In this document: piece after piece, positions 37,130 through 45,084 of the stretch
Position numbering within the stretch: position 1 is the stretch's first letter
How the letters are laid out: each line of letters starts with the position of its first letter
NCBI RefSeq assembly: GCF_964242765.1
Contig: NZ_CAXTBM010000028.1
Coordinates: 5,999 to 69,998 of the forward strand
Reading direction: 5' to 3'
Length of the DNA: 64,000 bases
DNA from: an uncultured Hymenobacter sp.
GTDB lineage: Bacteria; Bacteroidota; Bacteroidia; Cytophagales; Hymenobacteraceae
Notes under the pieces: model-generated
What the model was told of the DNA's origin: nothing
Seen by the model: only the letters and a program-made list of their open reading frames with translations
The model's database searches: none
Program-made: the position numbers and the translations under genes

Positions 37130-40100
37130 ATGCTCGATAAGATAATTCGCTTTGCCCTGCAAAACCGCCTGCTGATGCTGGCCTTTGCCATGGGGCTGCT
37201 GATTGCCGGCTCGTACACGGCCCGCGAGCTACCCGTGGACGTGCTACCCGACCTGGACCGTCCCCGCGTAACCGTGTTCCTGGAAGCCCCGGGCATGGCC
37301 CCGGAAGAAGTGGAAGCCTTGGTGACGTTGCCCGTGGAAACGGCCCTGAACGGCGCTACGGGCGTTTCGGCCGTGCGTTCTAATTCGGCCATTGGCCTCG
37401 GGATGGTGTTCGTGGAGTTCGACTATGGCACCGACATCTTCACGGCCCGTCAGATTGTGAGCGAAAAGCTGCAAACCACGGGCGAACAACTACCAACCGG
37501 CATCACGCCGGTGCTGGGGCCCATTTCGTCGGTGATGGGCCAGATTATGCTGGTGGGGCTGTCCGGCGGAAGCCAGACCAGTGCCGCGGACTTGCGCACG
37601 CTGGCCAACTACACCGTGCGGCAGCGGTTGCTTTCCATTCCCGGCGTGGCCCAGGTCATCCCCATCGGCGGCGACAACTTGCAGTACCAGGTGCTGCTGG
37701 ACATGCCCCGGCTGAACGCTACCGGCCTGACGGTGAGCCAGGTGGAAGAGGCGCTGCGCCAATCCAACCTCAACACCACCGGCAACTTCTTCGACCGAAA
37801 TGGCTCAGAGGTACTGATTCGCAACCTGGGCCGCCTGCGCTCGGTCCAGGACATCGAAAACCTTGTCGTGGGCTACCGCGAGCAGTCCCCTATCCGCGTG
37901 GCCGACATCGCCAAGGTGGAGTTCGGGGCCCGCTTCAAGCGCGGCGACGGCAGCGTGAACGGCAAGCCCGCCGTTGTTCTGAGCATCGAAAAGCAGCCCG
38001 GCACCGCCACCGTCGGCCTCACCGAAGCCGTGGAAAAAGCACTGGTAGAATTGAAGCCGTCGCTGCCCAAAGACGTGCAGGTGAACACGCGCTTGTTCAA
38101 GCAATCCGAGTTCATCGAGTCGAGTATCACCAACGTGGAGGAAGCCTTGCGCGACGGGGCCATTCTGGTGGTTATCGTGCTGTTTGCCTTTCTGCTCAAC
38201 GTGCGCACCACCTTTATTTCGTTGGTGGCCATTCCGTTGTCGCTGCTGGTTACGGCGTTGGTGTTCCGCTTTGCTGGCATCAGCATCAACACCATGACGC
38301 TGGGCGGGCTGGCCATTGCCATTGGCGAGCTGGTTGATGATGCCATTGTGGACGTGGAAAACGTGTACCGGCGCCTACGCGAAAACCGGCAGTTGCCTAA
38401 CCCGCAGCCGGTGCTCAAAGTCATCTACGCGGCCTCGTCGGAGGTGCGCAACTCCATCGTGTACGCTACCATCATCGTGGTGCTGGTGTTTTTGCCGCTG
38501 TTTGCGCTCGAAGGTATGGAGGGCCGAATTTTCGCCCCGCTCGGCATTGCCTACATCACCAGCATCGTGGCCTCGCTGTTTGTGTCGCTGACCGTCACGC
38601 CGGTGCTCTGCTACTACCTGCTGCCCCGCATGAAGCAGAGCAACCACCCCGAACCCGACGGCCTGCTGGTACGCTGGTTGAAAAAGAAGGACACCCGCTT
38701 GCTGGGCTGGGGCCTGCGGCAGCCGAAGCTAGTGCTTGTTTCGACGGCCCTGCTCTTTGTGATGGCCGCGGCCATGGTGCCGTTTTTCGGCACCGAGTTT
38801 CTGCCGCCTTTCAATGAAGGGTCGCTAACTGTCAACTTCTCGGCCCCGGCCGGCACCTCGCTCACCGAATCCAACCGCCTGGGCACGCTGGGCGAACAGC
38901 AGATGCTCGAGATTCCGGAAGTGGCTTACACCGCCCGTCGAACCGGGCGCGCCGAGTTGGATGAGCACGCTGAATCGGTCAACAATTCGGAAATCGAAGT
39001 GGCCTTCAAGACGGCAGCGGAACTGCAACGAGAGGGAAGAAGCATGCGCAGCCGCGACGAAATCCTGGCCGATATGCGCCAGAAACTTAACCTAATTACG
39101 GGCGTGAACGTGAACATCGGCCAGCCCATTTCCCATCGCCTCGACCACCTGCTGAGCGGCGTGCGGGCCCAAGTGGCCATCAAAGTGTTTGGCCCTGACC
39201 TGCTGGAGCTGCGCCGCTATGCCGGCGAAGTGCGCGCGGCCGCCAGCACCGTGCCGGGCGTGGTGGACTTGCAGGTCGAAAAGCAGGTGCAAATTCCCCA
39301 GCTACTCATCCGCCCCCGCGACGAGGCCTTGCGCGCCTACGGCATGGAGCGCGGCGAAGTGGTGCGCGATTTGCAAACCCTATTCCAGGGCACGGTGGTG
39401 TCGCAGATGCTCGACGGGCAGAAACGGTTTGACTTAGTGGTGAAGCTACCCGAAGTGCAACGCAACGACATTGCCGCCATCAGCCAAACCCGCATTGAAA
39501 CGCCGACCGGCGCCATGATTCCGGTAAGTCAGGTGGCCGACATCGTTTATGAGCCGGGCCCCAACACCGTCAACCACGAAAACACCCAGCGCCGCATTAC
39601 CATCTCGCTGAACGTAGCCGAGCGGGATCTGGGCTCCACAGTGAAGGAGATTCAGCAGAAGGTGAGTCAGCAAGTGAAGCTGCCGCCGGGCTATTACCTC
39701 ACCTACGGCGGGCAGTTCGAGCGCCAGCAGTCGGCTTCGCAGAAGATTCTGTGGCTGAGCTTGTTTTCGCTGGCCGGCATCTTCCTGGTCTTGTTCTCGC
39801 ACTTCAAGTCCAGCTACATGGTCGGGCAGATTATGCTCAACATCCCGCTGGCCCTCATCGGCTCGGTGGTGGCTGTGCTGGTTACGGGCGGCACCTTCAG
39901 CATTGCCTCACTGGTAGGCTTCATCACGCTCACCGGTATTGCCTCGCGCAACGGCATCATGATGATTTCCCACTACATCCACCTCGTGGAGCATGAGGGC
40001 GAGAAGTTTGGGAAGGAAATGATACTGCGCGGCTCGCTGGAACGCCTAGTGCCGGTACTGATGACGGCCCTGGTGGCTGCGTTGGCGCTGGTGCCGCTTA

Positions 40101-40351
40101 CGCTGGCCAAGGATGCGCCGGGCAAAGAAATTCTCTACCCGGTAGCCACCGTCATCCTCGGCGGCCTACTCTCGTCCACCTTCCTCGACATCATCGTGAC
40201 GCCGGTGGTGTTTTGGTTGGTCGGCGAGAAAGCCCTGGCGCAATACTTCGCTGCCCACCGGGAAACGGGCCTCAACGACCACTCACGGGAGCTGGACGCG
40301 CAGCCCCTCACGCCACCCTCGGACCTGAACCCGGTGCTGCCCAGGCGCTAA
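37130..40351 (+). CDS. Heavy-metal efflux RND permease, CusA/CzcA family
   Basis: 1073 aa. N-terminus MLDKIIRFALQNRLLMLAFA. The TM4 region GGLAIAIGELVDDAIVDVENVYRRL resembles the CusA-type A-x5-D-x6-E pattern more than the CzcA D-x5-D-x6-E pattern. Confidence 0.95.
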   Translation: MLDKIIRFALQNRLLMLAFAMGLLIAGSYTARELPVDVLPDLDRPRVTVFLEAPGMAPEEVEALVTLPVETALNGATGVSAVRSNSAIGLGMVFVEFDYGTDIFTARQIVSEKLQTTGEQLPTGITPVLGPISSVMGQIMLVGLSGGSQTSAADLRTLANYTVRQRLLSIPGVAQVIPIGGDNLQYQVLLDMPRLNATGLTVSQVEEALRQSNLNTTGNFFDRNGSEVLIRNLGRLRSVQDIENLVVGYREQSPIRVADIAKVEFGARFKRGDGSVNGKPAVVLSIEKQPGTATVGLTEAVEKALVELKPSLPKDVQVNTRLFKQSEFIESSITNVEEALRDGAILVVIVLFAFLLNVRTTFISLVAIPLSLLVTALVFRFAGISINTMTLGGLAIAIGELVDDAIVDVENVYRRLRENRQLPNPQPVLKVIYAASSEVRNSIVYATIIVVLVFLPLFALEGMEGRIFAPLGIAYITSIVASLFVSLTVTPVLCYYLLPRMKQSNHPEPDGLLVRWLKKKDTRLLGWGLRQPKLVLVSTALLFVMAAAMVPFFGTEFLPPFNEGSLTVNFSAPAGTSLTESNRLGTLGEQQMLEIPEVAYTARRTGRAELDEHAESVNNSEIEVAFKTAAELQREGRSMRSRDEILADMRQKLNLITGVNVNIGQPISHRLDHLLSGVRAQVAIKVFGPDLLELRRYAGEVRAAASTVPGVVDLQVEKQVQIPQLLIRPRDEALRAYGMERGEVVRDLQTLFQGTVVSQMLDGQKRFDLVVKLPEVQRNDIAAISQTRIETPTGAMIPVSQVADIVYEPGPNTVNHENTQRRITISLNVAERDLGSTVKEIQQKVSQQVKLPPGYYLTYGGQFERQQSASQKILWLSLFSLAGIFLVLFSHFKSSYMVGQIMLNIPLALIGSVVAVLVTGGTFSIASLVGFITLTGIASRNGIMMISHYIHLVEHEGEKFGKEMILRGSLERLVPVLMTALVAALALVPLTLAKDAPGKEILYPVATVILGGLLSSTFLDIIVTPVVFWLVGEKALAQYFAAHRETGLNDHSRELDAQPLTPPSDLNPVLPRR

Positions 40352-40422
40352 GCCCTACAACTCCCTGAGTAGCCTAGAAGCCGGCCAGATTAAAAGCCGG
40401 TGCCAGATGGCAACTCCTTAAG

Positions 40423-40450
40423 AGCTGCGTCGGCAGCGGTTTTTTATTTT
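40423..40450 (+). terminator. Weak terminator-like hairpin plus T-tract after the RND pump gene
   Basis: GCTGC-gtcg-GCAGC followed by ggTTTTTTATTTT. The stem is only 5 bp. Confidence 0.4.
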
Positions 40451-40464
40451 CTGAAAAAAGTCGT

Positions 40465-40511
40465 CTATGTTGTAAACATACGACATACTATGTCGTATGT
40501 TTACAACATAG
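40465..40511. repeat. Perfect 22-bp inverted repeat with a 3-nt spacer (candidate ArsR-family operator or structural hairpin)
   Basis: CTATGTTGTAAACATACGACAT (40465-40486), act, ATGTCGTATGTTTACAACATAG (40490-40511). I verified it base by base. Function is inferred only. Confidence 0.9.
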
Positions 40512-40746
40512 CAAATTACTCCCTTCCCCTCGATGCTTGCCAACGCTTATCTTATTGTTCGCTCATGGCTGCGCCTTCTGCTTGAACACGGACTGCGTTT
40601 TCAGGCCGAAGTTCGTAGCGTCCTACCCGGCAGCGACATCGACGAAGCCGAGCAACGCGCCCTCCGCAAGGCAGAAACCATGCTCACGCCATTGCTTGCC
40701 AGTAGCACTCTAGCTTCCACTCTTTATGGGCTCCCGCCTACGTTTG

Positions 40747-41097
40747 ATGACCTACGCTAAAACTGCCTCTTTCACCGAAGAGCAACAGCAGCTTGCTCGT
40801 ATTGCCAAGGCCTTGGCGCACCCGGCACGGGTCGCTATCATTCAACTACTGGCCTCCAAACAAACCTGCATCTCCGGCGACATCGCTGCCGAGTTGCCGC
40901 TCTCGCGCACTACCGTTTCGCAGCACTTGCAGGAACTCAAGGCCCTGGACTTGATTCGGGGCGAGATTGAGGGACTCACCGTCTGCTACTGCCTCAATAC
41001 CGAACTGCTGCACCAAGTGCACCAGCAGTTCACTGCCTTCTTTCTTGAGGCCACCACCAGCGCGGCCTGCGGCCCGGATGCCGCCTGCGGTTGCTAG
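40747..41097 (+). CDS. ArsR/SmtB-family metalloregulatory repressor with a Cys-rich C-terminal tail
   Basis: ...[55 protein letters not shown] is the ArsR wHTH. The C-terminus is ...[13 protein letters not shown] chose the start MTYAKT (40747); the ORF opens at 40726. Confidence 0.88.
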   Translation: MTYAKTASFTEEQQQLARIAKALAHPARVAIIQLLASKQTCISGDIAAELPLSRTTVSQHLQELKALDLIRGEIEGLTVCYCLNTELLHQVHQQFTAFFLEATTSAACGPDAACGC

Positions 41098-41133
41098 ATC
41101 ACCTTTCCTTTGCAGCCTAAACAGCCCTATCCC

Positions 41134-41592
41134 ATGAAAATCTCTGAAATGAAGCAGTCCCTGGCGGGACTCGAAGCCGTGAATTTTCGCTTGCCCAACG
41201 GGGACTACCTCCCTTCCCATTTCCACGTGACGGAAGTCGGCTTGGCAACCAAACACTTTATCGACTGCGGTGGGGTCGAGCGCCGGGAAACCGCAGCCAA
41301 CTTTCAGCTCTGGGAGGCTGGCGACTACGACCACCGGCTCGCCCCGCAGAAATTTCTGCACATCCTTAAGTTGTCAGAGAGAATTTTAGGCGCTGAGGAC
41401 CTAGACATCGAGGTGGAATACCAGCAGGAAACCATCGGCAAGTTCGGCCTCACTTTCGACGGCACCGACTTTGTGCTGACCTCAAAGCAGACGGCTTGCC
41501 TGGCGCAGGATGCGTGCGGCGTTCCGAATAAAGAGTTTGCATTGCCCCAGCTGCAAATTGCTGGTTGCACGCCGGGCGGCGGGTGTTGCTAA
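41134..41592 (+). CDS. DUF6428-family protein (a family commonly found in ars operons)
   Basis: MKISEMKQSLAGLEAVNFRLPNGDYLPSHFHVTEVGLATKHFIDCGG...FQLWEAGDYDHRL. The C-terminal tail is ...AGCTPGGGCC*. The family call is from memory. Confidence 0.75.
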   Translation: MKISEMKQSLAGLEAVNFRLPNGDYLPSHFHVTEVGLATKHFIDCGGVERRETAANFQLWEAGDYDHRLAPQKFLHILKLSERILGAEDLDIEVEYQQETIGKFGLTFDGTDFVLTSKQTACLAQDACGVPNKEFALPQLQIAGCTPGGGCC

Positions 41593-41662
41593 GGCCTTTG
41601 AGCGGCGCTGCCTAGTAGGTGGCGCCGTTTTGCTTACCCTCCCTTCGTACTTTCTCTTTCTG

Positions 41663-42436
41663 ATGACAATTGCTTTTTTCTCGGACGTGCACGGCAACCT
41701 GCCGGCCTTGGAGGCGGTCCTAACTGACCTCGACCAACGCCGCCCCGACATGGTTTTTTGCCTGGGCGACCTGGTAGGCTACGCCCCCTGGCCCAACGAA
41801 GTGGTCAACGAGGTGCGGCGGCGGGGCATTCCCACGCTGGCCGGCAACTACGACCAGGGCATTGGCCTGGCCAGCGAAAACTGCGGCTGCGCCTACAAGA
41901 CGGACGTAGAAAAAAACCTGGGCGCCCAAAGCATTGCCTACACCAACCAGGTTGTGAAGGCGGATGAGCGCCGCTATTTGCGCTATCTGCCTAAGCACAT
42001 ACGCCTGGACTTTCAGGAGGAGCCCTGTACTCTTAGCCTGCTGATGGTGCACGGCTCGCCGCGCAAAATCAATGAATACTTGTTCGAGGATCGGCCCGAA
42101 GCAAGTTTTCTGCGGGTATTGGCGGATACCAACGCCGATATTCTGCTCTTTGGCCATACGCACAAGCCCTACCACCGCACCTTTGCCTACGAGCACGAAG
42201 GCGAAACCCGTTACCGGCACGCGCTCAACATCGGCTCGGTGGGCAAGCCCAAGGACGGCGACCCGCGGGCGGCCTACCAGTTGCTGCACCTCGACGAGCA
42301 CACCACGCTGACCGACCCGCAGCGTGTGCGCTCCGAGTTGATTCGGGTGGCTTACGACGTGGAGAAAGCCGCGCAGGCAGTGGAAGCTTCACCACTGCCC
42401 AACGAATACGCCGATATGCTGCGCAACGCCTACTAG
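41663..42436 (+). CDS. Metallophosphoesterase family protein (YfcE/MPP superfamily)
   Basis: MTIAFFSDVHGNLPALEAVL...VFCLGDLVGYAPWPNEV...AGNYD...LMVHGSP...LLFGHTHKP are the canonical D-x-H / GD / GNH(D) / H / GH motifs. Confidence 0.88.
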   Translation: MTIAFFSDVHGNLPALEAVLTDLDQRRPDMVFCLGDLVGYAPWPNEVVNEVRRRGIPTLAGNYDQGIGLASENCGCAYKTDVEKNLGAQSIAYTNQVVKADERRYLRYLPKHIRLDFQEEPCTLSLLMVHGSPRKINEYLFEDRPEASFLRVLADTNADILLFGHTHKPYHRTFAYEHEGETRYRHALNIGSVGKPKDGDPRAAYQLLHLDEHTTLTDPQRVRSELIRVAYDVEKAAQAVEASPLPNEYADMLRNAY

Positions 42437-42608
42437 CTGCCATAACGGGCACGCCGACCTTTGTGCGCCGTGCGCCACTCGTTAACTTGCTTTTGCCTTC
42501 CTCATGCCACTGTTTTTCCTGTTACGCTCCGGCCGCCGTTGCATAAAGCAAGCAGCAAAACTTATTGCTACTGCATTGTATAGGCCGCAACTGAGCGCGC
42601 GGGCTTTT

Positions 42609-42902
42609 CTATATTGTTATGCTTTCCTCCATTGCTTCCGCCACGTTTATCTCTTCCAACGGCGGTACGGGAGCAAACCGGGATTCGTGAAAGTTGGCTT
42701 CGGGAAAGCCCGGCGCCACGGCCATATTATTGATTTCTGCTAGAGTAATCCCGTAGCCGCGGTGCGTGTCGTACACGCCACGCACGGTGTAAATGGGGCC
42801 GCGCTTGGGCGTTTGGATGTTGGGATTCTGCACGAGTAAGAGCGTGAAGTCATCGTTGATACAAACAATTTCCTGCTCTGGGTGGAAAAGCGGCGGTTTC
42901 AT
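42609..42902 (-). CDS. Hypothetical protein (97 aa)
   Basis: MKPPLFHPEQEIVCINDDFTLLLVQNPNIQTPKRGPIYTVRGVYDTHRGYGITLAEINN... has protein-like composition. No family recognised. Confidence 0.5.
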   Translation of the reverse strand: MKPPLFHPEQEIVCINDDFTLLLVQNPNIQTPKRGPIYTVRGVYDTHRGYGITLAEINNMAVAPGFPEANFHESRFAPVPPLEEINVAEAMEESITI

Positions 42903-43443
42903 GGTGGCAAAGGTAGCAGGCCGCTACTATCGAATGTGAATTTTTCTGGTTTAATCCTACTTCGCGCCGAAGCAATAGGCAACAAAGTTCTTGTCTTGGC
43001 CTCTGAGCTAAACCCGTAAGTGCCAGCTGCCAGGTCCGCAACAAGCGCGTCCACCGCCTCACTTTCACGGGGCTTGCTGGTCCGGATTTACCGTGGCTAG
43101 TTACGCAGGGGCGGATGTGGTCCTATCTAGTTACCTAACTCCACTTGTAGCGCATGAGCAGCCGGGTTAAGGTTGGCGCTACAAGTGGAGTGCTTGGGGG
43201 CCGGTGCTGATTTTGTGGAGCAACAACGGGGTGAGCCTGCGGTGGCAGTTACTCTCAATAAATCCGTATAAATCCTTGCAAATACCTTCAACCGCCCCCC
43301 TACAGCCGGCCGTACAACTAAACCAAGTCGCTGGAACTGGTTTTGTCGGATCATATCGATTTTGTAATAGATCGTACCGTCCAAGTCTGCTCTTATCCCA
43401 CGATTAAGTTCATCCCATTAGTGAAAACAAGCTCAGCAGTAGT

Positions 43444-44451
43444 ATGAAAGAGGAAAATAAATTCAGCCGACGCCAAGTAATCAATGGCTTGGGAGCCAGT
43501 TTAGCAGCGGCAGCTATTGCCCCGGTGCTCTCAGTTGAGGGGGCGCCAACCGATGCGGACTCGGCACCAGACGCGCTGCTCGATCCAACCAAAACTTACC
43601 CCAAACCCCCGTTCAAAGGCCAGTCGCAGCCCTGGCCGGGCTTGGCCAGCCAAATGGACCCACGGCCCGATCATGGAGAAAAAAGCTACAAAGGCTCGGG
43701 CCGTTTGAAAGGCCGCAAAGCCTTGATTACCGGCGGTGATTCAGGCATGGGCCGCGCCGCCGCCATTGCGTATGCACGGGAAGGCGCCGATGTGGCCATC
43801 AACTATCTGCCGGCCGAAGAGCCGGATGCGCGCGAAGTTATTGCGCTAATCAAGGCTGAAGGCCGAAAAGCCATTGCTATTCCGGGTGATCTTCGGGATG
43901 AAGCGTTCTGCCAAAAGATGGTGGCAGAGGCCGTGCGTGGCCTCGGAGGACTGGATATTCTGGTTAGCAATGCGGCTCGTCAGCAAGCGCACCCGTCGAT
44001 TATGGATATCTCGACCGAGCAGTTTGACTGGACGATGAAGACCAACATTTACGCGCCCTTCTGGATTATCAAGGCGGCCCTGCCGCATTTGCAGCCCGGC
44101 TCCACCATCATTGGCACCACCTCGGTGCAGGCCACTGATCCTTCCGCTGACTTGTACGACTACGCGCAAACCAAGGCAGCAACCACGAGTTTTGTTCGGT
44201 CGCTGGCCAAACAGCTCGGGCCGAAAGGCATTCGGGTGAATGGAGTGGCCCCAGGCCCCATCTGGACGCCGTTGCAAGTAAGTGGGGGCGCTACGCAGGA
44301 AAAGCTGAAAAGCTTTGGGGGTACCACGCCCCTAGGCCGGCCCGGCCAACCGGCCGAACTAGCTTCTATTTATGTGCAACTGGCCGCTAGTGATGCCAGC
44401 TACTCCACCGGCCAAGTGTATGGTGCCGCCGGCGGCGATGGCCAACCGTAA
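43444..44451 (+). CDS. SDR-family oxidoreductase (YghA/YdaD-like) with a twin-arginine-like N-terminal leader
   Basis: The leader is MKEENKFSRRQVINGLGASLAAAAIAPVL. The SDR core has KALITGGDSGMGRAAAIAYAREGADVAINY, NAA, and Y..TKAA (catalytic YxxxK). Confidence 0.92.
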   Translation: MKEENKFSRRQVINGLGASLAAAAIAPVLSVEGAPTDADSAPDALLDPTKTYPKPPFKGQSQPWPGLASQMDPRPDHGEKSYKGSGRLKGRKALITGGDSGMGRAAAIAYAREGADVAINYLPAEEPDAREVIALIKAEGRKAIAIPGDLRDEAFCQKMVAEAVRGLGGLDILVSNAARQQAHPSIMDISTEQFDWTMKTNIYAPFWIIKAALPHLQPGSTIIGTTSVQATDPSADLYDYAQTKAATTSFVRSLAKQLGPKGIRVNGVAPGPIWTPLQVSGGATQEKLKSFGGTTPLGRPGQPAELASIYVQLAASDASYSTGQVYGAAGGDGQP

Positions 44452-44502
44452 GCATAATCAGAACTGGCCAAGACCACACAACCAGTTTTAGCCTAAAGTA
44501 AA

Positions 44503-44557
44503 ACAAGAACGAGTTTGAGGGCCGATCTTATGCCTTCAAACTCGTTCTTGGTTTTTT
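44503..44557 (+). terminator. Rho-independent terminator after the SDR gene
   Basis: ACAAGAACGAGTTTGAGG ... CTTCAAACTCGTTCTTG stem followed by GTTTTTT. Confidence 0.8.
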
Positions 44558-44680
44558 AGCCCCACTTCCGCAAAATCGGCAGCGAGCAATAGCTAGTAGG
44601 TGTATTTACATGCTTTTGGTGTTTGGTACTGTCCTATTCGAGGAGCCACCGACTTCTCTTCAAGAGACTGGTTTAACAGC

Positions 44681-45076
44681 TTAATGCCGGCTTTCGGCTA
44701 CGTGCGCATGAATGGTTTGGATTTGCAAGTCGTCCAGCGGTTTGTGGATCAAGCCAGCCACCAAAGGAAACTCATGTACCCGGTCGGTGTCGGAAGGCGC
44801 GAGCGAGGAAGTTAGCACGTAAATAAAGCAGCGCCCGGCGAGTTGCGCCTCGTATGGCCGCAGGGCCATTAAAAAGTCCCAGCCGCTCAGAATCGGCATG
44901 TTGAGGTCCAGCAGGATTACATCCGGCATCTCGTTCGGAATACTTTGCTGAACGTGGCGCAACGCCTCCTCGGGCGACTGAAACGAACATAACCCTTCGG
45001 CCAGACCTTCCCGCTTCAATATTTTTTCTGTTAGAAACACGCTGATATAATCGTCGTCTACAAGTACGGTCCGCAT
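44681..45076 (-). CDS. Single-domain response regulator (CheY-like receiver)
   Basis: MRTVLVDDDYISVFLTEKIL...PDVILLDLNMPILSGWDFL...YVLTSS...GLIHKP. It is 8 nt downstream of the histidine kinase gene. Confidence 0.9.
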   Translation of the reverse strand: MRTVLVDDDYISVFLTEKILKREGLAEGLCSFQSPEEALRHVQQSIPNEMPDVILLDLNMPILSGWDFLMALRPYEAQLAGRCFIYVLTSSLAPSDTDRVHEFPLVAGLIHKPLDDLQIQTIHAHVAESRH

Positions 45077-45084
45077 ATAGTCTT

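Noticed and set aside
40400-40585. 61-aa ORF spanning the 47-bp palindrome
   Set aside because: The ORF is created by the palindrome and the AT-rich tract themselves. Its composition is implausible and it has no start context.
40533-40760. 75-aa ORF between the palindrome and arsR, overlapping the arsR start by 14 nt
   Set aside because: No family is recognisable and there is no obvious signal or motif. It could still be a genuine leader peptide or first operon gene, which ribosome profiling or conservation analysis would settle. I did not call it as a feature.
43127-43384. 85-aa minus-strand ORF in the non-coding stretch upstream of the SDR gene
   Set aside because: Its composition is not protein-like, and it overlaps the 15-bp hairpin and repeat words.
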